The notes: generated by a model from the sequence alone, not told the origin. A stretch of DNA of 64,000 nt from Verrucomicrobiales bacterium (GCA_038126035.1 JAYPEY010000002.1:82837-146836), one strand, 5' to 3'; shown: positions 19,303 to 28,628, counted from the first letter of the stretch. Program-made: numbers and translations.

Positions 19303-20039
19303 CCGAAGATTTCAACAACAAGGGCTTCGTCGCCCTGCCCGCATTCCTCGATGCGCAAGAGATCGCGGAAGTCCGCGCCAACCTCGACCGCTTCATCCGC
19401 GATATTGTCCCCGGCATGCCGCGCGAACACGTCTTCTACGAGGACAAGGGCGACCCCGCGACGCTCAAGCAACTCCAGGGACTGGCCAGGAATGACGCCT
19501 TCTTTCACAAGCTGATGTTCGGCGGTCGATTCGAGCAACTTGCCAGGGAGTTGCTGCAGGACGAGGTCGTCGGCATGAATCTCCAATATTTCTGCAAGCC
19601 GCCCGGGATCGGGAAACCCACCCCGCCGCATCAGGACGGCTATTACTTCATGCTCGATCCCTGCGAGGCGATCACGATGTGGCTCGCGCTCGAGCATGTG
19701 GACGAGGAGAACGGCTGCGTCCGCTATCTCCCCGGATCGCATCGCTGCGGCATGCGGGATCACAACAGAACAACGACACTGGGCTTCTCTCAGGGCATCG
19801 CGGATTATGGCAGGGACGGCGAAGCTGAGAAGGAAATCGCCATCCACGCGGCTCCCGGCGATCTGCTCGCCCATCATGCCCTGACCATTCATCGCGCCGA
19901 CGGCAATCAATCCCCCACCCGTCCGCGACCGGCCCTCGGCTTTGTCTACTACGCCGCGAGAGCCAGGGAGGACCGGACGGCGAAGGCCGCCTATCAGAGG
20001 AAGCTCGAAACAGATCTCGCCGCGCAGGGGAAGATTTGA
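19299..20039 (+). CDS. Phytanoyl-CoA dioxygenase (PhyH) family Fe(II)/2-oxoglutarate oxygenase
   Basis: PPHQDGYY (HxD), distal HHALTIHRADGN, overall PhyH-like layout. ATGA overlap with the sulfatase stop. Confidence 0.8.
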   Translation: MTEDFNNKGFVALPAFLDAQEIAEVRANLDRFIRDIVPGMPREHVFYEDKGDPATLKQLQGLARNDAFFHKLMFGGRFEQLARELLQDEVVGMNLQYFCKPPGIGKPTPPHQDGYYFMLDPCEAITMWLALEHVDEENGCVRYLPGSHRCGMRDHNRTTTLGFSQGIADYGRDGEAEKEIAIHAAPGDLLAHHALTIHRADGNQSPTRPRPALGFVYYAARAREDRTAKAAYQRKLETDLAAQGKI

Positions 20040-20136
20040 AGCCGGCGCTGCGACCCGCCGACTCATGCGTCAAATCGATGCATCGCCCCGCTCTTGAATC
20101 CCCGCCCGCAACCTGCCATTCTTCGCGCCACAACGC

Positions 20137-21561
20137 ATGAAGCGGTCGCCGAAGACATCTCGCCGCACCTTCCTGGTTGCCTCCGCAGCCGGCGTCGCCG
20201 GCTACCGTTTTCATCGCTCAGGTCTCGCGTCGCCTGTTCCGGGAGGCGGCGCCCCGGCAGCGGCGAAGGGCACGGCGAAATCCACCATCCTGTTCTTTCT
20301 CTGCGGCGGCGCGTCCCACATCGACACCTGGGACATGAAGCCGGACGCGTCGTCAGAATATCGCGGCCCCTTCAATTCCATCCGCACAACGGCGCCGGAG
20401 ATCCGACTCTGCGAGCACCTTCCCCTGACGGCGAAACAGGCGCATCATCTGGCGGTCGTCCGCACCGTGACCGACCGCGGCCAGACCACCGGCGATCATC
20501 ACGCCGGCTATTACTACAATCTCACCGGCCATGTCCCTGACCTGACCTTCAAGACCCAGGGCAACGACCGGCGCCCCTATCCCGATGACTGGCCCTTCAT
20601 GGGCGCGGTCGTGGGTTCGAGACTTCCGGCGCACCCGTCGTTGCCTCAAATCATCACGCTGCCCCACAAGCCCAGCCGGGCGCCTTACACCCGCCCCGGC
20701 CAGTTCGCCGCGAGACTCGGCTCCGAGCACGATCCGTTCTACGTCTACGGCAGCGAAAACGATCCCCTTCGCTTCACGGCCCCTTCCCTCACGCTTCAGG
20801 CGGGCCGCAATCTCGATCGGCTCGACGCCCAGAAGGCGCTGATGAATTCCTTCAACGAGGCGCGCCGCGATCTCGACCATGTCGCCTCTGCGGTCAACTT
20901 CAGCGGCCAACAGCAGAAGGCCTTCTCCCTGCTCGCCTCCACCGGCGCGGCCGGAGCGTTCGACGTGGCCGGCGAACCGGAATCCGTCCGCGAACGCTAT
21001 GGTCAGACCATGAATGGCATGAGTCTGTTGATGGCGCGCAAACTCGTGGAGGCGGGAGTCCCCTTCATCACCGTGTTCTGGAAGGAGAACACGAAGCTGA
21101 ACAAGAAGTGCCGCAGCGCCGGCGGCTGGGACACTCACGGCAACAACTTCAATTGCCTGAAGGAAAACCTGCTTCCCGAGTTCGACCGGGCCTATTCCGC
21201 GCTGCTGGAGGATCTTTCCCGACGCGGCCTGCTCGACCAGACCCTGGTCATGGTGAACAGCGAAATGGGACGCCGCCCCAAGATCGGCGACCGCAGGTCG
21301 GGCGGCGTCAACGGCGGCGGACGCGATCACTGGACCGCGCTGCAAAGCGTCGTCCTCGCCGGCGGCGGCATCCGCGGCGGGCAGACCTACGGCAGGAGCG
21401 ACAAGAACGCCGAATATCCCGCGGAAAACCCCGTCGGGCCGGAGGACATCACCAAGACCGTCTACCACGCCATGGGCATCCACGATCTCGCCGCCATGGA
21501 CGCGCAGGATCGCCCCTTCAACCTCCTCGAAGATGGCCGGCCGCTGACGGAGTTGTTTTAG
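20137..21561 (+). CDS. DUF1501 domain protein (sulfatase-fold, Tat signal)
   Basis: SRRTFLVASAAGVAG twin-arginine leader, ILFFLCGGASHIDTWDMKPDA, GGWDTHG, GRDHW. Confidence 0.88.
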   Translation: MKRSPKTSRRTFLVASAAGVAGYRFHRSGLASPVPGGGAPAAAKGTAKSTILFFLCGGASHIDTWDMKPDASSEYRGPFNSIRTTAPEIRLCEHLPLTAKQAHHLAVVRTVTDRGQTTGDHHAGYYYNLTGHVPDLTFKTQGNDRRPYPDDWPFMGAVVGSRLPAHPSLPQIITLPHKPSRAPYTRPGQFAARLGSEHDPFYVYGSENDPLRFTAPSLTLQAGRNLDRLDAQKALMNSFNEARRDLDHVASAVNFSGQQQKAFSLLASTGAAGAFDVAGEPESVRERYGQTMNGMSLLMARKLVEAGVPFITVFWKENTKLNKKCRSAGGWDTHGNNFNCLKENLLPEFDRAYSALLEDLSRRGLLDQTLVMVNSEMGRRPKIGDRRSGGVNGGGRDHWTALQSVVLAGGGIRGGQTYGRSDKNAEYPAENPVGPEDITKTVYHAMGIHDLAAMDAQDRPFNLLEDGRPLTELF

Positions 21562-21567
21562 GCGTCT

Positions 21568-21635
21568 CGGAGCGCCGGGCATTGCTCGGCGCTGCTCGCC
21601 TTCAACGCCCATGCCGAGCAATGCCCGGGGCTCCG
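21568..21635. repeat. REP-A inverted pair (CGGAGCGCCGGGCATTGCTCGGC, 22 nt spacer, GCCGAGCAATGCCCGGGGCTCCG)
   Basis: Read directly. Each arm is itself an 8+1+8 palindrome. Lies between convergent gene ends. Confidence 0.75.
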
Positions 21636-21649
21636 AAACGGCATCCCCC

Positions 21650-23632
21650 CTACTCGCTCAATACGATCGGCGTATCATCGCGCTGCGCGGCGAGGGCGCC
21701 GAAACGCACTGCATCCAATTCTCCGTTTTGCTTCAGCAATGTTGCGGACGATTTCTCCTCCGCGTCGCTTTCCGTTGCGCGCCCCTTCCAGATTTCAAGC
21801 GCCTTTCCCGCCGCCTTCCTGCGCGAGGCCTCATCCGCAAGGTGATCGTACTTCCAATCTTCGAAACCCGGCGATTTCCTCAATGACCGATGCGCCATGA
21901 AGCGGACCGCGTCGTAGGGATCGTCCAGCAGGTGGGCCAGGAACGGCTCACGCCAACCATTCCCCGAGGCCTCGATCGCCGGTTCCCAACCGAGACTCCA
22001 GGCCATCAGCGCCCGTTGGCCGGCGTCGCCTTTGAGCGTCCAGAGGACCGAAGCGGCGACCTCCTTCTCCTCGGCCGAGAGTTCAGGGGATGGGATGTCG
22101 TACCACACATTCAAGCGCGCCGCCGCCCAGGCCAGCGTGCGGTCCAGATGGCATTGATTGCAGGCGTTTGGCCGCCCGGTGGAAAGACTGGCCTTCACAT
22201 CCGGAGATCCGATCTGATGGCTGCGGATGGAGCCCAGCAATCCGTAGGTGGTATGGGGCATGTGGCAGTTGTAGCAGAGGCTGCCGCTCGAATCCGTGGC
22301 GTGATGCGTGTGCGCGCTGACATCGTCAGCAAAGTCCTCATGGCATTGCAGGCAGGCCTTGTTTCCGCGCATGCCGGGTTTCAACTGATCGTTCGCCCAT
22401 TCTTTCAACCCCGCCTCTCCTCCGGCGTTTCCATGAAGCAGATGACAGGAGAAACAGGACATGCGACGACTCTCGTCCCCATGCTGGTGGCAGGGCGTTT
22501 CCAACAGGCCGTTGTATTCCCGTCCCGCCACGCGGATCATGCCGTCGCTCCAGAAGAAATTGCGGATAAAATCCGAATCCTTGCCGCCATAGGCCTCGAC
22601 CATCGCCGGATCCGTCGGGCGAAATATGTCGCGTTCCTTGTGCAGGTCGTCGCCCGGACGATAGGCGTAGCCCTTTTGCCGCCACTCCTCCCGCAATGCG
22701 ACGGAAGCCTCGACATTGACGCTGTGGCATTGTCCGCAGACCTGGGAGTCGAGCGGCGCCTTGAGCCGGGTCGGAAGCGTCGAGGTCTCGTCGCCTGTGT
22801 CGTTTCCGCGACTTGAGTAGCGTCGCAGCGGGTTGCCGTTGATCTCAACATGCTCCTCGGCCGGACCATGACAGGCCTCGCACGAGATGCCGAACTCCGC
22901 CGCCGTCGGATACATTTCGAAGTGGCTTTGCCAGTTGGGATTGCCGCCGGTGGTGTGGCAGCGGATGCAGCCCTCGTTCCACCTCCCCTCCTCCAATGAC
23001 ATGCCCTGATGCGGCGGCACCAGAAAAGAGGACTCCCGCGGAACCCAGCGCTGCTCCTCAATCAACCACACGAGCGGAAACTGATCCATGCGCGCGGTGT
23101 GCCCGGCGGAGAACCAGTAGACCTGGTAGTGATGCGAACCCGTCACGAGTTCAATCTTCCGTTCCTGCGCCGGGCGGTTCCTGTCAACCGAGCCGTCCGC
23201 CGCCAATCCCGGCATCTCAATCCAATAGTCGCCCCCCTTTCGAGTCATGCGAAAGGCGCTTCCGTTGAAATGCGCCTCGGCATCGTTGAAGTCGCCCATC
23301 ACGGATTCGGCCGACGGCAACTGCGTCATCGTGCTGTGGTAGGAATGGCTCCAGGTTTCATGATGCTGCGGGTGGCAACTACGGCAGGAATCCGACGTGA
23401 TGAAGCCGGGCGTCTTCTTCTCGACCGGCCGATTTACGGCAACCGGCGGCGAAGTCCGGACTTCCCTGGAGCGAACCCACCCCCATCCCAATGCAACGAA
23501 CGCGCCGACCAGCAGAAACACCACGAAGGCGGAATGGAATGCATCACCGGCGCGTCGCCGGCCGAGAAACAGCGGCGCGACCGCAAGGACGATCAACAGA
23601 ATGGCCAGGATGAGTTCCAGAGCCGGGTGCAT
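21650..23632 (-). CDS. Multihaem c-type cytochrome (8 CxxCH) with N-terminal membrane anchor and C-terminal HEAT-like region
   Basis: CRSCH, CIRCH, CEACH, CGQCH, CFSCH, CLQCH, CYNCH and CNQCH counted in the translation. Start moved to the ATG at 23632 (MHPALELILAILLIVLAV...). Confidence 0.8.
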   Translation of the reverse strand: MHPALELILAILLIVLAVAPLFLGRRRAGDAFHSAFVVFLLVGAFVALGWGWVRSREVRTSPPVAVNRPVEKKTPGFITSDSCRSCHPQHHETWSHSYHSTMTQLPSAESVMGDFNDAEAHFNGSAFRMTRKGGDYWIEMPGLAADGSVDRNRPAQERKIELVTGSHHYQVYWFSAGHTARMDQFPLVWLIEEQRWVPRESSFLVPPHQGMSLEEGRWNEGCIRCHTTGGNPNWQSHFEMYPTAAEFGISCEACHGPAEEHVEINGNPLRRYSSRGNDTGDETSTLPTRLKAPLDSQVCGQCHSVNVEASVALREEWRQKGYAYRPGDDLHKERDIFRPTDPAMVEAYGGKDSDFIRNFFWSDGMIRVAGREYNGLLETPCHQHGDESRRMSCFSCHLLHGNAGGEAGLKEWANDQLKPGMRGNKACLQCHEDFADDVSAHTHHATDSSGSLCYNCHMPHTTYGLLGSIRSHQIGSPDVKASLSTGRPNACNQCHLDRTLAWAAARLNVWYDIPSPELSAEEKEVAASVLWTLKGDAGQRALMAWSLGWEPAIEASGNGWREPFLAHLLDDPYDAVRFMAHRSLRKSPGFEDWKYDHLADEASRRKAAGKALEIWKGRATESDAEEKSSATLLKQNGELDAVRFGALAAQRDDTPIVLSE

Positions 23633-24074
23633 GCGGCGAATATAGCGGGTTTGGATGGTCCGCGCCAACCTTGCGAAATGAGGCAAAAGGGCGGGATACA
23701 CGCCGGTTTTGTTCTTGAGCCGGGCTTTGGGGACCGGGGCTGCGTCAGCTCCGGAGGAGCGCAAAGAGGGTAGCCGGTCGGTGCAAGGCGTGAAACGCCT
23801 GGAACCACCGGTCATCCAGCCAACACGCCGCCGCGCCCCGGCAGGGGCGCTCCGAAACATCCAACATTCACTGACAGGAGTCGGCCATCAAGCTGATGCG
23901 GGAGGTTCTCGCGCCCCGCCGGGGCCCATTCCGTCCTGTCCTGTTTCCGGTGGTTCCGGTCGCACGGCGACCTCCACCGACCGGCTACCTTCGGAAGGTC
24001 CCTCCAGGACCAACGAGCAGAGTCGCACGTTCTTGATGCCCCCCCTCCTGCCCCACCGACTGAACAACTCCTTC

Positions 24075-24494
24075 TCACTCGGCCAGATGCTTGTCCAGCA
24101 TTGCCTCGATCCTCCTCTGCGAATTCACCCCCGCCAACTCGCCGACAACCTCTCCGTTCTTGAACACCTTCAGGACAAGGATCCCGCGGACCCCAAACTC
24201 CTTCGCAAGCGCAGGCTCCTTGTCCACATCCACCTTGCCGACCACCACCCGTCCCTCGTATTTCGCCGCCACGGCTTCGACGGTCGGAGCGACCTGCCTG
24301 CAGGGCCCGCACCAGGTCGCCCAGAAATCCACCAACGCCACGCCTTCGTTCTTTCGCACCTTGGCTGTGAAACTGGATGAGGTGAGATCGATGGTAACCC
24401 GGTCAGCGGGGTCGATGGCCGGCGGTTCGGGGGCGCAGCCGCAAAGGCACAATGCAGCGATCAGAAGCAACAGGCAGGCCGGAGCGCCGAGCAT
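24075..24494 (-). CDS. Thioredoxin, probable lipoprotein
   Basis: WATWCGPCRQVAP active site. N-terminus MLGAPACLLLLIAALCLCGC has a lipobox-like LCGC. The start is uncertain because the ATG lies inside a REP-A unit; the track start is a TTG at 24581. Confidence 0.8.
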   Translation of the reverse strand: MLGAPACLLLLIAALCLCGCAPEPPAIDPADRVTIDLTSSSFTAKVRKNEGVALVDFWATWCGPCRQVAPTVEAVAAKYEGRVVVGKVDVDKEPALAKEFGVRGILVLKVFKNGEVVGELAGVNSQRRIEAMLDKHLAE

Positions 24495-24549
24495 TGCTCG
24501 GCAGGAACCTGCGCCCACGGCCCTGGCCGCGCCATGCACGGCGCTCCGA
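24481..24549. repeat. REP-A inverted pair with a degenerate second arm
   Basis: CGGAGCGCCGAGCATTGCTCGGC at 24481-24503 and GCCGCGCCATGCACGGCGCTCCG at 24527-24549. Confidence 0.65.
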
Positions 24550-24577
24550 ATCTGCTGCGCACTCGTCTTCACCATCC

Positions 24578-24871
24578 TCAATTCCTCGACACATCCGGCG
24601 GGTCGCAGGAACTCAGGGCCTTCAGGACGGTGTCATGCGTCTCAAGGGCCTTCCCCAACATCGCTTCGGAACTGGCGCTGATGTCCTGCAGCATCTCCAT
24701 GATGAGGTCGCTTTCGTCCTCGGGAAACTCCGGCGCCATGATGGCCTCGCGCGACCATTCGACCAACTCCTCAAACGAACTCAGCCCCGCCCGGAAGCGA
24801 CCGATCCGTCCCGCAATATCCCTCAATGTGACCTTTTCAATCAAATCGAACGCCCTTCCCTTCTCTGACAC
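24578..24871 (-). CDS. Hypothetical acidic 97-aa protein
   Basis: Open frame with a GTG start whose stop abuts the thioredoxin upstream region. No motif recognised; coding status is not certain. Confidence 0.4.
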   Translation of the reverse strand: MSEKGRAFDLIEKVTLRDIAGRIGRFRAGLSSFEELVEWSREAIMAPEFPEDESDLIMEMLQDISASSEAMLGKALETHDTVLKALSSCDPPDVSRN

Positions 24872-24914
24872 CTGTCCACTGAATGCCGATTACTGATCAC
24901 TGATTTCTGGTTCT

Positions 24915-26831
24915 TCACTCCGACACCGTCACGATCGTCTCGACCCATTCCCGGAACGCCATCCCCTCTGTGAAGACATCCGCGGTGACAAGATGGTTCC
25001 CAGGCTTCGCGTCCCTGGAGACATAGACCCGCAGTGGAATCGTTTTCCGTCCCCGCGCGGGCACGGTTGTGTTCAAGGCATGGTCCAGTTGTGTCATCCC
25101 TTCCGGAACATTGCACTGAATCGAATAGGTCCGTTCCTTGGTCGAGTGGTTCCAGATCTGGACCTCGTAGGTCAATCGCTTCCCGGTCTTCGTCTCGGAG
25201 CCATAAGGGTAAATCCAGGCCCACTGCTCATCGATGCCGTAGTTCGGATCATCCCAGGGAAACAGTTCCGCGAGGATTTCAATGCGCTTCCGATAGCGCG
25301 ATTCCAGGTAATCCAGTTGCGCGGGCGTGTAGCGAAAGACGAAGTTCACGTGCTCATTCATCAGCCAGTAGTCGCCTTTCATCTCGCGCAACTTCTTGAA
25401 GCACAGCAGATAGCCCTGGTCGTCGCGGGCAAGATTTCGGTTCAACGCGCAATAGTCATCCATGCCCGAGGGCGTGAACGCGTCGCCGATGAAGAAGATG
25501 GGCGTCTCACCGGCCTTCTTGACCAAGAGGCCTCCATGATACAAGGCCTGTCCGGGATAGTAGTGAAAGGTGAGTTCAAACTCCTTCCACTTCATCGTGG
25601 CGCCATCCTTCTTGCCAATGACCTCCTTGATCGCGTTCGGCGTCATGGCCGCCATGTGATAGGCCTCCGGCTTCTCGAGAATGTCCTCATACTCCACCGT
25701 GGAATAGACCGGGCACTTGAATTCCTCCGCGGCGCGTTGAACGTAATCCGTGTGGTCGCCGTGGTAGTGCGTGACGAAAATGCCGTCGATCTTCTTGAGC
25801 AGGCCATCGCTCATCAGCTTCTTGACGAAGTCGATATAGCGTTGGCTGCCGCAATCGAGCATGAAGCCGGAGCCGTCCTCGGAAACCACGATGCGCGTCG
25901 TGCCCGTCGCGATCACCCAACCCGGCATCTCCTCGTGGTGTGAATAGGGCATCAATTCGTATTCGGCGCCCTCGCCCAGGATGCGCTCCGCGCAGGCCTT
26001 CATGCGGTCCGCCTTGAAATACCAGTAAAGCGCGTTGGTCGAGAGGTAGTTGCGATAGAGTTCCTGGATCCGCCCGATCAACCGGTCGATCGCCGCCGCC
26101 GGATCACGGATGACCGGCCCGCGCGCCGGCACAATCAGGTCCGGCTTCAAGGCCTTGATCTTTCGCAGACTGTCCAATAGGGGCGCCAGACGCGCGCCAT
26201 AGCCGTGGTAACCGCCGATCTTTGCCTCGGGGATCTTGTCCTGAAAGCTGTAGAGATCGAGGATCCTGCCGTCGCCATAGATCAGGTCGCCGGTGAACGC
26301 CACGGTCCTGCCGTCGATCTTCCCGACGTAGGAAATGGCGGCCCGCGTGAAGCCGGGTGTGTCATGCACCTTCAGCGTCACATCGCCAACCTCAATCACA
26401 TCGCCCTCCTGCAATCCCAGGCCGACCTTCATCGGCCGCGTCAGCATCTTGGTCGTCTGCTGCTGCGTGTCTTTCAGGCGGATCTTGATGAAATCCTCCC
26501 ACTGCTTCGCGGGTTCTTCGAAATACATCCGCTCCCCCTCCGGCACGTAGGCCAAGGCTCCCTGCTCCACCAATCCGCGCCCCGCCCAGACCACGTCGCG
26601 CCGATGATGCGTGAAGAGGACTGAATTCACCCTGCCCTCGATCGCATTCGCCAGATCTCCGTAGACCACGACACGTTGGCCGCCGGATTCGATCAAGGCG
26701 CCGTTGACGGGACCGGGGTGAAACTGGAGGCCGTGGATCTGGGATTTTCGATCGTCGGCAGATTGGCCGGACACCGCTTGCGCGCAAAGGCCGACGAGGA
26801 TTCCAACAAGAACTGAACTGCGTCTTTTCAT
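24915..26831 (-). CDS. Secreted tandem metallo-beta-lactamase-fold protein with a C-terminal Ig-like domain
   Basis: Second MBL domain has the canonical HYHGDHTD; the first has a degenerate THHRRD. Signal peptide MKRRSSVLVGILVGLCAQAVSG from the ATG at 26831 (the track's GTG at 26876 is less likely). Confidence 0.75.
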   Translation of the reverse strand: MKRRSSVLVGILVGLCAQAVSGQSADDRKSQIHGLQFHPGPVNGALIESGGQRVVVYGDLANAIEGRVNSVLFTHHRRDVVWAGRGLVEQGALAYVPEGERMYFEEPAKQWEDFIKIRLKDTQQQTTKMLTRPMKVGLGLQEGDVIEVGDVTLKVHDTPGFTRAAISYVGKIDGRTVAFTGDLIYGDGRILDLYSFQDKIPEAKIGGYHGYGARLAPLLDSLRKIKALKPDLIVPARGPVIRDPAAAIDRLIGRIQELYRNYLSTNALYWYFKADRMKACAERILGEGAEYELMPYSHHEEMPGWVIATGTTRIVVSEDGSGFMLDCGSQRYIDFVKKLMSDGLLKKIDGIFVTHYHGDHTDYVQRAAEEFKCPVYSTVEYEDILEKPEAYHMAAMTPNAIKEVIGKKDGATMKWKEFELTFHYYPGQALYHGGLLVKKAGETPIFFIGDAFTPSGMDDYCALNRNLARDDQGYLLCFKKLREMKGDYWLMNEHVNFVFRYTPAQLDYLESRYRKRIEILAELFPWDDPNYGIDEQWAWIYPYGSETKTGKRLTYEVQIWNHSTKERTYSIQCNVPEGMTQLDHALNTTVPARGRKTIPLRVYVSRDAKPGNHLVTADVFTEGMAFREWVETIVTVSE

Positions 26832-27058
26832 ATCATTTCTGATGGCGCGGTTTACCGCCTGTTTCCGGAAATCCACGCGCCGATTGCTACGCCTCGATTA
26901 CTACGACAAAACGTTGGCGGGCAGGCACCCGCGTTCGCGCGACAGCGTCTTGGACCGCGCTGCGCGCCCCGCCACTTCTCCAGCATGACTGCACACTCCA
27001 TCACTCCAGCGCTCCGTTGCCTTCCATTCCGCATTCCGAACTCCGAGTTCCGCATTCC

Positions 27059-28507
27059 TCACGCTTCAACCCCATGAATCACATGCCCATGGATATCGGT
27101 GAGCCGATAATCCCGTCCTTGGAAGCGGAAGGTCAGCTTCTCGTGATTCAAACCAAGCAGGTGCAGGATCGTGGCCTGAATGTCATGGATGTGTGACTTG
27201 TTCTCAGCGCCCACGAGGCCGAGTTCATCGGAATCGCCCCAGGTGATGCCGGGCTTCGTTCCACCGCCGGCCATCCAGATGCTGTAGGCGTCGATGTGAT
27301 GATCGCGGCCGCCGATCTTGGACTCGCGGGTTTCCCCCATGGGCGTGCGACCGAATTCCCCGCCCCAGATGACCAGGGTTTCATCCAACAGGCCGCGTTG
27401 CTTCAGATCCTTCACCAAGGCCGCGGACGGCCCGTCCGTCAGGGAGCAGACCTTGTCGAGATCCTTGCCCAGGGTCTGGTTGGGGCCACCGTGGTGATCC
27501 CAGTCGGTGTTGTAGAGCTGCACGAAGCGCACGCCGCGTTCGATGAGTCGGCGGGCGAGCAGACAGTTGTTTGCATAGGAGGCGGCGCCGGGCTTGGCGC
27601 CATACATGTCGAGGATGTGCTGCGGTTCCTGGGAGATGTCCATCAACTCCGGCGCGCTGGTCTGCATGCGATAGGCCATCTCGTAGGCGGCGATCCGCGT
27701 CGCGATCTCGGAATCGCCGGTTGTTTCGAGTCGCTGCCGATTCAGATCGCCGACCACATCGGTGAAGTCACGTTGTCGCTTGCGGTTGAAGCCGTCCGGA
27801 CTCGTGAGAAACAGGATCGGATCGCCGGAACCGCGGAAAGGCACGCCCTGGTAGGTCGTGGGCAGAAAACCGCTCGACCACAAGGTGGCGCCGGCGCGCG
27901 GGCCTCGGGGGCCGGATTGCAGCACGACAAAGCCGGGCAGATTGTCCGATTCGCTGCCGATGCCGTAGGTCACCCAGGAGCCCATGCTCGGGCGGCCGGG
28001 TTGCGGCGAGCCGGTGTTGGTGAAGATCTTGGCAGGGCCATGATTGAACACCTCGGTCTTGATGCCCTTGATGAATATCACATCGTCGGCAATCTCCTTG
28101 AGCTTGGGCAGGCACTCGCTGATCCAGGCGCCGGATTGACCGCAACGCTCGAACTGGCGAACCGACTTCAGCAACGGCGGGGTCCCCTTGAGAAAGGAGA
28201 AACGTTTCCCCTTGAGGAAGCTCTCCGGTGTGGGCTTGCCATGCAGTTCGGTCAACTTGGGCTTGTGGTCGAACAACTCCAACTGACTGGGCCCGCCAGC
28301 CTGGAACATGTAGATGACATTCTTCGCCTTGCCGCCATATTGCGTCGGCCGTGCGGCCATGGGATTCAGACTTGCGGCGGAAGCCTGATCGCGGTTCAAC
28401 AGGCTGCCCAGCGCCGCGGCGCCAAGTCCGACGCCGCAGCGTTCAAACAACTGTCGCCGCGTCATGTCCCGCAGGATCGCCGATTCCAGTTCTTCAATCT
28501 TGTTCAT
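27059..28507 (-). CDS. DUF1501 domain protein
   Basis: MTRRQLFERCGVGLGAAALG Tat-like leader, YMFQAGGPSQLELFDHKPKL, DWDHHG, GRDHH. Start moved to the ATG at 28507 because the track extension is REP-encoded. Confidence 0.88.
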   Translation of the reverse strand: MNKIEELESAILRDMTRRQLFERCGVGLGAAALGSLLNRDQASAASLNPMAARPTQYGGKAKNVIYMFQAGGPSQLELFDHKPKLTELHGKPTPESFLKGKRFSFLKGTPPLLKSVRQFERCGQSGAWISECLPKLKEIADDVIFIKGIKTEVFNHGPAKIFTNTGSPQPGRPSMGSWVTYGIGSESDNLPGFVVLQSGPRGPRAGATLWSSGFLPTTYQGVPFRGSGDPILFLTSPDGFNRKRQRDFTDVVGDLNRQRLETTGDSEIATRIAAYEMAYRMQTSAPELMDISQEPQHILDMYGAKPGAASYANNCLLARRLIERGVRFVQLYNTDWDHHGGPNQTLGKDLDKVCSLTDGPSAALVKDLKQRGLLDETLVIWGGEFGRTPMGETRESKIGGRDHHIDAYSIWMAGGGTKPGITWGDSDELGLVGAENKSHIHDIQATILHLLGLNHEKLTFRFQGRDYRLTDIHGHVIHGVEA

Positions 28508-28559
28508 GGGGGGGGAACTGCGGGTCCTACGAATATCGGAGATTTCTTCCTTCGGAAAT

Positions 28560-28628
28560 CGGAGCGCCGAGCATTGCTCGGCCTGAGCGTGATGCCACGG
28601 CCATTGCCGAGCAATGCTCGGCACTCCG
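28560..28628. repeat. REP-A inverted pair
   Basis: CGGAGCGCCGAGCATTGCTCGGC at 28560-28582 and GCCGAGCAATGCTCGGCACTCCG at 28606-28628, between the PSD1-type gene and its DUF1501 partner. Confidence 0.75.

Noticed and set aside
23633-24074. A 440-nt GC-rich non-coding gap considered as a home for SRP RNA, RNase P RNA or tmRNA (for example ACCTTCGGAAGGT and GGTCC-CTCCA-GGACC hairpins around 23985-24020).
   Set aside because: I could not find the conserved SRP domain-IV motif (GGAA tetraloop with AGCA/AGG loops), the RNase P GAGGAAAGUCC motif or a tmRNA tag ORF on either strand. Only generic hairpins and a degenerate REP-A half-site are present.
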